A stretch of DNA of 64,000 nt from an uncultured delta proteobacterium (GCA_963699755.1 CAVOVB010000001.1:1600001-1664000); one strand, 5' to 3'. Numbered from the stretch's first letter, positions 21,485 to 31,644 are shown. The notes: generated by a model from the letters alone, not told the origin. Made by a program: numbers and translations.

Positions 21485-22341
21485 TGTCCGAGGCGCGCCA
21501 TCCGTTCGTGACCGTTCGGGTTCGGTCCGAGCAGCTCGAGCTCGCGCAGCTGCGGCTCTGGGAGCTTGGCGCGACCGGTCTCGAAGAACGGGACCAGACG
21601 ACCCTCGTGCGCGACGCCGAGTCGGGCGGAGCCGTCGTCATTGCGGCGTTCGCGGACGAGGCGTCGGCGCAGTACGCGCTGCGCGAAATGCGAAGTGAGT
21701 ACGAAGCCGATATCCTTTACGTGCCGCGGGCCGATTGGGCCACGGAGTGGCGGCGTGGATTCGGCGCTCAGCGCATTGGGAAGCGGCTCTTGCTGCACCC
21801 TTCCTGGGAGCCCGCAGTGAGCAAGCCCGGAGACGTCGTCCTCACGATCGACCCGGAGAATGCGTTTGGAAGTGGTGACCATGAAAGCACAAGGCTCGTC
21901 CTGCAGGTGCTCGATGAGCGCGTGGCCGGCGGCGAGCGCGTGCTGGACGTTGGCTGCGGGAGCGGGGTCTTATCGATCGCCGCACTTCGTCTCGGCGCGG
22001 CGTCGGCGTTCGCAACGGACATCGAGGAGGATGCGGTGATCGTGACGGCGCGAAACGCAGAGCTCAACGGTGTCGAGCCGGGCATTCGGACATCGACACA
22101 GCCTTTGGCCGAGGTTGAAGGCGTCTTTGACATCGTTCTTGCCAACATCGAGACCAGGGTTCTCGTGCATATGCCCAAGGAGCTCCAGGCTCGGCTTGCT
22201 CCTGACGGGCTGCTGGTCATGAGCGGAATCCTACGACCCGAGCGCGACGAGCTTCTCGCTGCCTTTGCGCCGATGAAGCTCGAACAGCTCCTCGAAGAGG
22301 GCCAATGGTGCGCCTGTGTGTTGAGGCACGCGGGGCGGTGA
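21484..22341 (+). CDS. prmA: Ribosomal protein L11 methyltransferase
   Basis: DWATEWR, IDPENAFGSGDHEST, VLDVGCGSGVLSI, FDIVLANI. Confidence 0.93.
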   Translation: MSEARHPFVTVRVRSEQLELAQLRLWELGATGLEERDQTTLVRDAESGGAVVIAAFADEASAQYALREMRSEYEADILYVPRADWATEWRRGFGAQRIGKRLLLHPSWEPAVSKPGDVVLTIDPENAFGSGDHESTRLVLQVLDERVAGGERVLDVGCGSGVLSIAALRLGAASAFATDIEEDAVIVTARNAELNGVEPGIRTSTQPLAEVEGVFDIVLANIETRVLVHMPKELQARLAPDGLLVMSGILRPERDELLAAFAPMKLEQLLEEGQWCACVLRHAGR

Positions 22342-23069
22342 CGCTTCGAAGGCTATACGCGCCCAGATTGCCGAACGAGGGTGGGGCGGTCGTTCTCGGA
22401 GAAGCGTCGAGCCGGCACGTGCGGGTGCTCCGTCTCCGAGCTGGCGACGCGGTCGTCCTCTTCGACGGGAAGGGCCGCGCTGCGACGGCCCGCGTGGAAT
22501 CAGTCGCCGAGGAGGTAGTCTGTCTCGCGGATCCTCCGGTCGCCGCGGCGACCAAACGCGCGCGCATCGTGCTGATGCTTGCGGTTCCAAAAGGCGCGAA
22601 GCTCGATGACTGCGTGCGTGCGGCCACCGAGCTTGGGGTCGACGAAGTGGCGCTCATGCAAACCGAGCGAACGATTCCTCGTTGGAATTCCGAGCGCACA
22701 CGCACGCGTCTCGATCGGCTGACCCGAATAGCCGGCGAAGCCGCCGCTCAGTGTGAACGCGACGACGTACCCATCGTTCACGCCCCTCGCCCCTTCCGCT
22801 CATGGCTCGAAGAAATTCCGGCGAGCGCGAAACGGGTCCTGTTTGGAGCCCGTGCCGAGGGATCGGTGGCGCTCGAGCGCACGACCGAGCAAGTCTGGTG
22901 CGCGCTGGGCCCCGAAGGAGGATTCACCGAGGAGGAGGTCGAGCTTTTCGAACGGTCCGGTTTTTCGGTCGCAAGCTTGGGAACCCGGATCCTTCGGGTC
23001 GAGACAGCGGTGCCCGCTGCCCTGGCGATCGTCGGAGATCGCCTCGATGACTTCCGACAAGCGCATTGA
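22338..23069 (+). CDS. rsmE: 16S rRNA m3U1498 methyltransferase
   Basis: HVRVLRL, ATELGV, EAAAQCER, GPEGGFT, LGTRILRVETA. Confidence 0.95.
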   Translation: MTLRRLYAPRLPNEGGAVVLGEASSRHVRVLRLRAGDAVVLFDGKGRAATARVESVAEEVVCLADPPVAAATKRARIVLMLAVPKGAKLDDCVRAATELGVDEVALMQTERTIPRWNSERTRTRLDRLTRIAGEAAAQCERDDVPIVHAPRPFRSWLEEIPASAKRVLFGARAEGSVALERTTEQVWCALGPEGGFTEEEVELFERSGFSVASLGTRILRVETAVPAALAIVGDRLDDFRQAH

Positions 23070-23105
23070 CAGGTTGGCAGGTGCACAGCCACCATTGAGG
23101 AGGAT

Positions 23106-25193
23106 ATGTCCGTTCTTGCCTCGCTCCTGGTTCGCGACCAGGTCATCCCCGTCGATCGCGTCCAAGGAGCTATCCAGGATCAGGTGATGCGCGGGGGCAA
23201 TCTCGACACCGTGCTCCTCGAGCTCGGCTTGCTGCGCGAGAACGAAATGAACGCCTACTGCGCAGCGGTGTACGGGCTACTCCCCGCGACCCGCGATGAG
23301 GTCATGCAGACCGCGATCTCCACGATTCGTGTCTTGCCGCGCGAGTTCGCCGTTCGGCATCGCTTGATTCCTGTTGCACGAACCGAAGATGCCGTCGTGC
23401 TGGCGGTCGACCGTCCGTTGCCGGATGCCACCCTCCGTGAAATCTCATTCGAGCTCGGCATCGATCCGGTGCAGCGAATCGTTTGCTCGGTGCGTGTCGA
23501 AGCGGGTCTGGCGCTTCACTACGACATCGAGATGAGGGCCCGAATGCGGCAGCTCAACCACCAACTCGAGGCCACAGATCCCGGCACGATTCCTTACGTC
23601 GCGCCATTTGACGGCGTTGGAAGCCGTAGCTCGATCCCGCCGATCAAAGATGCGTCAGGCTCCTTCCCGCGTGCCCACTCGTCGATACCTTCGCCGACGG
23701 GCATCGCCGATACCGAGCCGCCCCTCGAGGTGGAGCCGAAGGTGGCGTCTTCGGTTCCGGCGGGCACGTTTCGGGATTCCGATCCGGGGGCGGCCCGCAG
23801 GCACTCGGAGCCAAAGTCCGGCTTCGTCGATGCAACGCGATACAGCCTTCCGCCGCGCCCACCTGAGATCCTCGGACGGCCTTCGATGAGGCAAAAGGGC
23901 TCCCAGCGCCCTTCAGGCCGGAGTGGTCGTGGCGCGTCGAGGCCAAGCGGGCCGACGAGCGCATCGCAGCCGTCGGCCACACCGGCCACGGGTTGGCAAC
24001 CAGCGCCGGGGCCGCCCACAGGTTGGCAACCGGCACCCCCGCCCGCTCCGCCTGAGTCGGTTTGGCGACCGGCGCCCTCGCCGCGCACCGCGCATTCCGG
24101 GCATCACCTTCCCGTCGATCCACGGCGGGACAACGACGGAAGCGCGATGTCGCACGACGTCGTGTCGTTGCGCCCTGGTGCGCCTAGCTCGGCACCGCCC
24201 AACGTGGGCAGCGAATCGGTCGGTCGGAGGTGGAATCCCGCGCCGGCGCCTCTGGTCGACGACGGCTCGCTCCCGAGCGTCATCGTCGACTTCGGGGAAG
24301 AAGTCGAGGGGCTCGTTTCCGCGCTTCGCGATGGGAGCCCAGAAGACGACATGCTGATCCCACCTCTGTTGGCGCTCGGCGAGGCCGCACTCCCAGCCCT
24401 GGTTCGGGAGTTCCCGGGCAAGCTCTGGTTCGACCGTAACGAGCCGCACGCGAACATTCCGGCGGGCAGAGATGTCTCTCCTATTGCGAGGGCGTTCGTG
24501 GCGTTCGGCGGTCATTCGGTCCCGTACTTGATCCCCTTGCTCGACGATGAGGATCCGGACATTCGCTACTACGCTTCGGTCGTTGTTGCCGAGTTCGTCC
24601 ATCCCGACCTGGTACAGCCCGTCGGCCGTCGTTTGTTCGACACCGACCCCGGAGTCCGTAGTAGTGCGTACCGCGCGCTGAGCGTTCTCTATGCGTGCGA
24701 GGTCGAGTTCACCCAGCTCATCGAGCGGCTTCGCGCCTCGGCGCGGGACGGCCGAAACGTCGAATTGCAGGCGGCTTCCATCGACGCCTTGGGAAGGCTG
24801 CGCGATGCGAATTCGTTCGAATTTTTCGTCTCCTTGCTCCAAAGCCCCGAGCCCAACGTGGTCGAGGCCGCCCATGCAAGCCTGGTCCGCCTGAGTTGCC
24901 AAGACTTCAACCGCAGCCAGAAGAAATGGAGCGCCTGGTACGACAAGCACAGCGCAGAGCACCGCGTGGTCTGGCTGATCAACGCGCTCATGCACTCCAA
25001 CGAGCAATTGCGTCGGCGCGCCGGTGACGAGCTCAGACATCTCACCCAAGAGGACTTCGGCTACGAGCCGGGGAAGTCCAAGAAGCTCCGGATCGCCGCA
25101 CAGAAGAAGTATCGGACCTGGTGGGTAGGCGTCGGTTTTCGGATGTTTGTGGAACCACAGCCCGGCGGTTCTGGTCATGCGCACAGCCAGTGA
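23106..25193 (+). CDS. MshEN/GspE-N-like domain, Pro-rich linker and HEAT-repeat domain (FrgA-like architecture)
   Basis: LASLLVRDQVI...Q...GGNLDTVLLELGLL, LPREFAVRHRLIPV; low-complexity middle; DEDPDIRYYA and DPGVRSSA HEAT units. Confidence 0.75.
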   Translation: MSVLASLLVRDQVIPVDRVQGAIQDQVMRGGNLDTVLLELGLLRENEMNAYCAAVYGLLPATRDEVMQTAISTIRVLPREFAVRHRLIPVARTEDAVVLAVDRPLPDATLREISFELGIDPVQRIVCSVRVEAGLALHYDIEMRARMRQLNHQLEATDPGTIPYVAPFDGVGSRSSIPPIKDASGSFPRAHSSIPSPTGIADTEPPLEVEPKVASSVPAGTFRDSDPGAARRHSEPKSGFVDATRYSLPPRPPEILGRPSMRQKGSQRPSGRSGRGASRPSGPTSASQPSATPATGWQPAPGPPTGWQPAPPPAPPESVWRPAPSPRTAHSGHHLPVDPRRDNDGSAMSHDVVSLRPGAPSSAPPNVGSESVGRRWNPAPAPLVDDGSLPSVIVDFGEEVEGLVSALRDGSPEDDMLIPPLLALGEAALPALVREFPGKLWFDRNEPHANIPAGRDVSPIARAFVAFGGHSVPYLIPLLDDEDPDIRYYASVVVAEFVHPDLVQPVGRRLFDTDPGVRSSAYRALSVLYACEVEFTQLIERLRASARDGRNVELQAASIDALGRLRDANSFEFFVSLLQSPEPNVVEAAHASLVRLSCQDFNRSQKKWSAWYDKHSAEHRVVWLINALMHSNEQLRRRAGDELRHLTQEDFGYEPGKSKKLRIAAQKKYRTWWVGVGFRMFVEPQPGGSGHAHSQ

Positions 25194-25229
25194 TAGACTT
25201 CGCCCGCATCGACTAGACGAGTTCCCATC

Positions 25230-27644
25230 GTGCGAATCCCGAGGCTCCTAACCATCCTGGGTCCTGCGTCCGTTCTTTACGTTCTGGCCGCGCGGGCCTC
25301 TTCGAACACCGCCGCCTCTCCGGACTGGTTGCTGGTTGTGCTGTCCCTCGCGTTCTCTCTGACACCGCTCGCCGTGCTCGGGTCGTGGTCGAGCAGGCGT
25401 GGCGCGTCGCGGCTGGCATTCATGGGGGTGTGCCTCGCCATTGCGATTGCGTCGGCGCGTACCGCTTCGCCGCTACTCGATTTCACTCACGACGTCGCCT
25501 GGCTGCTCGCAGCGCTGACGATGCTCGATCTCGTCTTGCCACGCGAGACTGGTTCGCTCGTCCGATACGGCGCCCTAGGTGCTCTGGCGTTCGCTGCGTT
25601 CGTCGGGGCCGCCTTGGCGCGACAGGGCTTGCTTCCGGAAATGACATTCGCGGTAGTGGTCGTCCTCGGGATTCTGGCGACGGGCGCCCTTCACCAAATC
25701 GTGCTTGTCGACGGAGGACATGTGGTGGAGGGCGGCTTGTCGGGGGTCGCACTGGCCAGCCTCGCCGTGGGGCTTGCGTACTCCTGGTTCGGTCCGTTCG
25801 ACGGTGTGCTCGCCACCACGGTCGAGTTTGGCGTCGCTTCGCTGCTCTGGCTCGGGCACCTCGCCTGGCTCGATCCGGGATGGCGCTCGTTGCGCCGTTT
25901 CGGTGTGCCGCTCGTCGTCGCGTCTGCTCTTTGTTTTGCGGTGACGTTTGGCTTCGCTCCCGACGCCCCTCTCGAGCGATGGCAGCTCGGCCTGTTCGCG
26001 CTCGGCTCCGGGGTGCTTTGGTGGCTCACGTTTTCGGTCGCACGAAGGCTTTCCAATCGCGCCGTGTGGAGCACTTCGGGCCGCCTCGCCGACGCCGCGG
26101 AAGCCGCGAGGAGTCGCCTGGTCGGTGGCGCGGCACTCGAGGAGGTCGCCACCGGAGTTCTCGTACCCTTCGGCAAGGTCTTCGAGGACAGCCAAGGGGC
26201 TCCCGAGCTCTACACATTGGAGCCCTCCCTGAGGCTTCGGCTCGACGCCGGCGAGCGGGCGAATATCAGGCCGGTCAAGGCCCCTGCCGCGATCACCCAG
26301 GCGCTTTTCGCCGACGGTCACCACGGAGCTCTCGATCTCGTCAGTCTGCGAGCCCGGGTGGTTCGCGAGCCTTCGATCCGAGAGCTCGTGAACACGATGG
26401 CAGACCACGGGATGGGCAGCGCACTCCCGTGCATGCATCTGGAGCACATCGAAGGCGTGCTCCTCGTGCCCCTTGGCGATCGGTCGGAGGTGCTGTCGGG
26501 CATCGAGCTAGACGAGCTTGGACGCTTGGCGGATTCGCTTGGAGGGGCGCTCGCCTCGGCGCTCGCGCAGCGCAGGGCCGACACCCACATTCACGAGCTA
26601 TCCACGCTCCGGCGCGAGGCGGAAGACCGAATCTCCGTGCTCGAAGTGGAGCTCGATCAGCTGCGCCGCCAGTGTGATGTCCTCGGGCGCGGCCTTGCTG
26701 AAGATCGGACTCTGCACGTGGCGTACAGCCAGTCGATGAGGCGTGTGCAGACGCGCGCGATCGAGCTCGCCCCGCTGGCCGATCCAGTTCTACTCGTTGC
26801 TCCGGCAGGCTCTCCGGTTTTGCCGGTCTCCCGCTTCATCCATGACCGCGGGCCGCGCTGGGAGGCACCGTTCGTCGTCGCGGATTGCTCAGCCGCACCG
26901 CCCGATCAGGTCGCAAGCTTGCTCTTTGGCTCGCAGAGCGAGAGCCGCACGGGTTGGTTTCAGTCTGCCGCGGGCGGGACCCTGCTCCTGCGAGACCTTC
27001 CAGCGCTTTCCAAATCAAATCAGGCGCGTCTTGCGGCGGCGTTGGCGGAGCAGGGTGCCCAAGAGCATGAAAGCAAAGAACCTCGACTCGTGCGGCCAAG
27101 GCTCATCGCGACCACGCGGGCGCCGCTTGAGGAGCTCGAGCGGCGCGGTGCGCTCGACCCCGAGCTCGCGAGGCAATTGACGCAGCCCGGTCTCACGATT
27201 CCGCCTTTGCGCGACCGGCGCGAAGACGTTCCCTCGCTCGCACTGCTCGCCATTGACCGGGCATGCCGGGTTTTGGCGCGTGAGCCCGTCGGCATCACGG
27301 AAGACGCGATGGCCGCTCTCGTCGATCACGACTGGCCCGGTGACGTGGCCGAGCTCGAGCTGATCATCGAGCTGGCAGTGGCCAAAGCCGCTTCCAAGAC
27401 TGTGGGGCTTCGCGACCTGCCCCCGCTCGCTTGGCCGGGGGCCGACGAAGAGGAGCCGCTGACCGGTACCTATCTCGAGGTCGAGCGCCGTCTCCTCGAA
27501 CGCGCCCTTCTCCGATCCGGGGGCAACAAGAGTGAGGCTGCGCGCATGCTGGGGCTGAAACGTACGACTTTCCTCGACAAGCTTCGGCGTCACGGACTGG
27601 AGCAACGCGCGCCGCACGACTTAGGCGGCACGGCGGTTGGCTGA
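25230..27644 (+). CDS. Membrane-anchored sigma54-activator-like protein with degenerate AAA+ domain and Fis-type HTH
   Basis: About 9 TMs, GAF-like segment, PFVVADC...LFG...GGTLLL, RLIATT, IPPLRDRREDV, WPGDV, GNKSEAARMLGLKRTTFLDKL. Confidence 0.85.
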   Translation: MRIPRLLTILGPASVLYVLAARASSNTAASPDWLLVVLSLAFSLTPLAVLGSWSSRRGASRLAFMGVCLAIAIASARTASPLLDFTHDVAWLLAALTMLDLVLPRETGSLVRYGALGALAFAAFVGAALARQGLLPEMTFAVVVVLGILATGALHQIVLVDGGHVVEGGLSGVALASLAVGLAYSWFGPFDGVLATTVEFGVASLLWLGHLAWLDPGWRSLRRFGVPLVVASALCFAVTFGFAPDAPLERWQLGLFALGSGVLWWLTFSVARRLSNRAVWSTSGRLADAAEAARSRLVGGAALEEVATGVLVPFGKVFEDSQGAPELYTLEPSLRLRLDAGERANIRPVKAPAAITQALFADGHHGALDLVSLRARVVREPSIRELVNTMADHGMGSALPCMHLEHIEGVLLVPLGDRSEVLSGIELDELGRLADSLGGALASALAQRRADTHIHELSTLRREAEDRISVLEVELDQLRRQCDVLGRGLAEDRTLHVAYSQSMRRVQTRAIELAPLADPVLLVAPAGSPVLPVSRFIHDRGPRWEAPFVVADCSAAPPDQVASLLFGSQSESRTGWFQSAAGGTLLLRDLPALSKSNQARLAAALAEQGAQEHESKEPRLVRPRLIATTRAPLEELERRGALDPELARQLTQPGLTIPPLRDRREDVPSLALLAIDRACRVLAREPVGITEDAMAALVDHDWPGDVAELELIIELAVAKAASKTVGLRDLPPLAWPGADEEEPLTGTYLEVERRLLERALLRSGGNKSEAARMLGLKRTTFLDKLRRHGLEQRAPHDLGGTAVG

Positions 27645-27648
27645 GCCG

Positions 27649-28233
27649 ATGCACGCGATCCTCCTATGGGACGTGATGGGCACCCTCGTACACGATCCGT
27701 TCTTCGAGGAGATGCCCGAGTTTTTCGGACTGAGCTTCGAGGAGCTGCTCGCCGTCAAGCATCCAAGCGCCTGGGTCGAGTTCGAGCGCGGTGAGCGCAG
27801 CGAAAAGGATTTTCTCGCGAGCTTTTTCGCAAATGGTCGGGACTTCGACCGAGAGGGTTTCGTCAACTTCGTTCGCGCTTCATACCGATGGCTTCCCGGC
27901 CTCCAAGAGCTTCTCGAAGAGCTTCACGGTGCAGGATGCCGCATGCACGCGTTTTCCAACTATCCGGTTTGGTACCGACTCATCGAAGAGCGTCTCAGGC
28001 TGTCGCGGTTTCTCGATTGGACCTTCGTCTCTTGCCTCACTGGGTTGCGAAAGCCGGACTCGGCCGCCTACGAACAGGCCTTGGATGCGCTCGGGGTGGC
28101 CGGGGAGCGCTGCATCTTCATCGATGATCGTGTCGGCAACTGTGAAGCTGCACTGGATCATGGGATTCATAGCGTGGTGTTCGAAGGGGTCGAGCCCTTG
28201 CGCGCCTCGCTGCGGGAAGCCGGCGTGCTGTAG
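27649..28233 (+). CDS. HAD-family hydrolase
   Basis: WDVMGTL, FSN, GLRKPD, FIDDR motifs I-IV. Confidence 0.88.
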   Translation: MHAILLWDVMGTLVHDPFFEEMPEFFGLSFEELLAVKHPSAWVEFERGERSEKDFLASFFANGRDFDREGFVNFVRASYRWLPGLQELLEELHGAGCRMHAFSNYPVWYRLIEERLRLSRFLDWTFVSCLTGLRKPDSAAYEQALDALGVAGERCIFIDDRVGNCEAALDHGIHSVVFEGVEPLRASLREAGVL

Positions 28234-29244
28234 TTATTCGGGGTGGTTTTTCGCCCACCATCGCCGGTAGCTCGCCTGGATCGTCAGGAACTGGTCACGG
28301 TCCGCCGTCTCGGACAGGGGCTGCAAGAAGCGGGTGAGATGCCAAAGCTCACGCGATGCGAGCAGACGAATGTTGGCGCGGCCGTCTCCAAGGCCTTCGA
28401 TCAGCCACTGAATACGAATTTCGTGACCGCGTTCCGAGAGCCAACGGAGCCACGGGTCCCGCGAAAAGCCAAAGTCGTGGGCGGTCAGCACCCGCAGCCC
28501 GACACGGCAGGCCGTTGCGATGCCGCGATCGGAGTCGGCCAGCAAATCGACGAACAGAGCCGCCGAGGCTTCGTCGCGCAACTGGGTCAGCGCCGAAATG
28601 GCCCGGCGGCGAACCGGGAGTGGCTGAGTGACCTCGGACGCGCAGCGGCGCAGCTCACCCAGGGCGCTTCGGTAAAGCGCTTCATGCTGATAGGCGCTCA
28701 GCAAATGCAACGCGACGCGCCGGCACTCCCGGTCTTCGTCGAGAGAGACTTGCATGAGCGGCTCGATCAGGCGAGGGCTTGAATACGCTGCACAGATGAC
28801 CGCCGCGTAGTAGCGAACCTTTGGGGTGGGGTGACGCATCAATCGGGCGAGATACGGGATCGCCTCGCCTTCGAACGCGGCGAGGGCAGCTGCGATCGCC
28901 GAGATCTCGTCGGGACGCTGCAATCGCGAGTCCGTGGCCAATGCATGGCGCCATAGCGGCCCCGGGAAGCTCTCGGCCAGCTCTTCGAGCGCGAAATTGC
29001 CAAGCGCCATCAGGCGCCTCACCACCGGTGCGATCTCATTGGGGCCGAGAGCGACCAGCTCCTCGACGAGCCTTCGTGCGAGGTCGACGAGGGTTTCCTT
29101 GAGCACCGGTTGGCTGTCCGAGCCTCTGTCGGCGGCCGGGGGCGCCTTGGTGCGGACGCGCGACCCACTATCCTCCGTGGCCCCCTCCGGTGCCGCAGGA
29201 ACGACACCCGCGGGTAGCGGGTACTTTCGCTTCGGCCCAGCCAT
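28234..29244 (-). CDS. HEAT-repeat protein, paralog of the C-terminal domain of 23106..25193
   Basis: Shared FPGxLW, PYL, RYYA, ALxxLRD, DF, RxxWLI, ELxHLT, YRxWW motifs. Confidence 0.8.
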   Translation of the reverse strand: MAGPKRKYPLPAGVVPAAPEGATEDSGSRVRTKAPPAADRGSDSQPVLKETLVDLARRLVEELVALGPNEIAPVVRRLMALGNFALEELAESFPGPLWRHALATDSRLQRPDEISAIAAALAAFEGEAIPYLARLMRHPTPKVRYYAAVICAAYSSPRLIEPLMQVSLDEDRECRRVALHLLSAYQHEALYRSALGELRRCASEVTQPLPVRRRAISALTQLRDEASAALFVDLLADSDRGIATACRVGLRVLTAHDFGFSRDPWLRWLSERGHEIRIQWLIEGLGDGRANIRLLASRELWHLTRFLQPLSETADRDQFLTIQASYRRWWAKNHPE

Positions 29245-29325
29245 CGCCACGATTGTACCAGGACCCCAGCATTTTTGGTGCGGCTCGCTAGTCTTGTCCT
29301 GTTTTTGCAGGCAAACTTAGCCTCG

Positions 29326-30300
29326 ATGTACAGGATGGTCGTGCGCGAGCTCGGGGGTCCGGCCGCCCTCGGGCGCGAGGAGCTGAGCGAAGTGCTCGCT
29401 GGCCCGGGTGAGGTCGTCATCGATGTGAAGGCGGTGGGCTGCAACTTCTTCGACATCCTCATTACCGAAGGCAAGTATCAGATCAAGCCTGAGCTGCCGT
29501 TCTCGCCTGGCGCCGAGGTTGCAGGAATCGTTCGAACGCTCGGCGAAGGCGTTTCGCGTTTCTCAGTCGGCGACAGGGTGAGCGCCTTACTGGAATACGG
29601 TGGCTTCGCGTCGACCGTGGCCGCGGCTCAAGCGCGTGTCTTCGCCATGCCCAGCGAGATGACTTTCGAGGAAGCCGCGGCGCTCGGGCTCGTCTATCAA
29701 ACGTCGTACGTCGGCTTGGTGCATCGAGCGATCCTGAAGGAAGGCGAAACGCTTCTGGTGCACGCAGCGGCTGGAGGAGTAGGGCTCGCGGCGGTCCAAC
29801 TCGGAGTTGCGCTTGGTGCGAAGGTCATCGGCACCGCTGGGACTTCGGAAAAACTCGCGCTCGTGAAGGCGAACGGAGCGCACGAAGTCATTAACTACCG
29901 GGAAGAGGACTGGGTCGAGAGAGTGAAAGCGCTGACCGCCGGGCGTGGGGCGGACGTGATCTACGACCCGGTTGGTGGGGACACCTTCGATTTGTCGACC
30001 AAATGCATCGCGTTCGAAGGAAGGATATTGGTGATCGGCTTCGCGAGCGGACGAATCCCATCTGCGAAGATGAACCGCGTCCTGGTGAAGAACTTCTCCT
30101 TGGTCGGGCTGCACTGGGGGCTCTATTTCAAGAAGAATCCCCAGGTCATTCAGGAGGCCCAGGCGGCCATTGTGCGCCTTCATTCCTTGGGGAAAATCGC
30201 CCCGCTGGTCTCCGCAACGTATCCGCTGAGCGACGCTGAAGCTGCCCTCGCCGCGCTCGGCGGCCGCAGAACCACCGGCAAGGTGATTCTGATCCCTTAG
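29326..30300 (+). CDS. NADPH:quinone oxidoreductase (MDR family)
   Basis: GKYQIKPELPFSPGAEVAG, LVHAAAGGVGLAA, GADVIYDPVGG. Confidence 0.92.
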   Translation: MYRMVVRELGGPAALGREELSEVLAGPGEVVIDVKAVGCNFFDILITEGKYQIKPELPFSPGAEVAGIVRTLGEGVSRFSVGDRVSALLEYGGFASTVAAAQARVFAMPSEMTFEEAAALGLVYQTSYVGLVHRAILKEGETLLVHAAAGGVGLAAVQLGVALGAKVIGTAGTSEKLALVKANGAHEVINYREEDWVERVKALTAGRGADVIYDPVGGDTFDLSTKCIAFEGRILVIGFASGRIPSAKMNRVLVKNFSLVGLHWGLYFKKNPQVIQEAQAAIVRLHSLGKIAPLVSATYPLSDAEAALAALGGRRTTGKVILIP

Positions 30301-30743
30301 GCCCCGGAAGGCTCGGCGTCCAAAAGCGCCGACTCGCAGCGTTCGATCACCGCGTCGATGACACCAGCGTGACTGCCAAGCGGTCCTGCTATCGAAAACC
30401 GTACACCTGGGTGTGGTGCAGCAGCTTCGGCGACCAGCCGCGGCAGGTCCTCGGTCACGTGTCGTCCTGGCGCGAGCATGAACGGGTGGACGACCACATT
30501 GGTCGCACCTTGCTCCACGCACAGAGCGAAGGCTTCGGCGATCGTGGGCCCCGCGATCTCCATGTGAGCAGACTCTACGATGCTTTTGGGGCCAAGGCGC
30601 TGCTTGACCAAGGCAGCGACTTCACCGACGAGCTGGTTGGCCGCGTCCCGGCGGCTCCCATGGTCGATCAGGAGTAGCGCGGGGCGGTCACCCCTCGTCG
30701 CTTCGCCCGCGCCGGAAGAGCCCATTTGACTTATCTGGGTCAC
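30297..30743 (-). CDS. Sirohydrochlorin chelatase, CbiX/SirB single-domain form
   Basis: LLIDHGSR, AHMEIAGPTI, HPFMLAPGRHVTEDLP. Confidence 0.88.
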   Translation of the reverse strand: MTQISQMGSSGAGEATRGDRPALLLIDHGSRRDAANQLVGEVAALVKQRLGPKSIVESAHMEIAGPTIAEAFALCVEQGATNVVVHPFMLAPGRHVTEDLPRLVAEAAAPHPGVRFSIAGPLGSHAGVIDAVIERCESALLDAEPSGA

Positions 30744-30783
30744 TCACTCCGCGGTGTCAAGAACTGTGGCCGCGGCGCAGATC

Positions 30784-31644
30784 TCAAGCGCAGTCAGACA
30801 GTGCGCGCTTGACGGACCCGACGTAGGTGCCGCCAAACAGGTTGACGTGCACCAAGAGAGGGTAGAGCTGATACAGAGCGACCCGTTCGTCCGCGCCCGG
30901 CGCCAACGGCCGAGCCTCGGCGTACGAGGCAAAGACGCGCTCGCCGAAGCCGCCGAACAGACGCATCATCGCCAGATCGATTTCGCGGTGACCCCCGTAG
31001 ACCGCAGGGTCGATCAACGCAGGTTGCCCGTCTTCGTCGACGTGCAGGTTTCCTCCCCAGAGGTCGCCATGCAGGCGGGACGGAGGCTCTTCGGCCCCGA
31101 CCCGATCGGGAAGCACGCGCTTCAAGGCGTCAAAACCGGAACGCGTCGCGGAATCGATCAAGCCACGGTCGATGGCAAGCCGTAGCTGTGGCTCGAGTCG
31201 GGACGACCAGTAAAAGGACGCCCAGTCGTCGGCCGCGGCGTTCGATTGCGCGAGCCGCCCGATGAAATTGTCGTGGTCGAGCCCGAACGCGGGGGCGCCA
31301 TAGGCATGCAGGGCAGCCAACGAATGGCCCAGGGCTTCATCGAACCCAGCCCTGCGCTTCGCCGGGATCATCAGCTCGAGCGCTAAGTAGGCCGGCCGCG
31401 CGTCCGAAACCGCGATCACGCGAGGCGTACGAATCGCGTTCGCCTCTGCGAGCCAACGAAGCCCACGCGCCTCCGCCTCGAACATACCTGGCGGCGGGTT
31501 CGAGTGCGTCTTGACGAAGAGCTTTGTCCCGTCACCGAGGGTGACCTGGTACGCGTCGTTGATGTCGCCGCCACCAAGGGGTTTCGCGCTGCGCAGCGGC
31601 TTGCCCAACCGTTGCTCGAGCGCCTTGCGCAAGCCCGGGCTCAT
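30784..31644 (-). CDS. Fructosamine/ketosamine-3-kinase family protein
   Basis: GGGDIN, MFEAEARGL, LHGDLWGGN, IDPAVYGGHREIDLAM, LYQLYPLLVHVNLFG. Confidence 0.93.
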   Translation of the reverse strand: MSPGLRKALEQRLGKPLRSAKPLGGGDINDAYQVTLGDGTKLFVKTHSNPPPGMFEAEARGLRWLAEANAIRTPRVIAVSDARPAYLALELMIPAKRRAGFDEALGHSLAALHAYGAPAFGLDHDNFIGRLAQSNAAADDWASFYWSSRLEPQLRLAIDRGLIDSATRSGFDALKRVLPDRVGAEEPPSRLHGDLWGGNLHVDEDGQPALIDPAVYGGHREIDLAMMRLFGGFGERVFASYAEARPLAPGADERVALYQLYPLLVHVNLFGGTYVGSVKRALSDCA

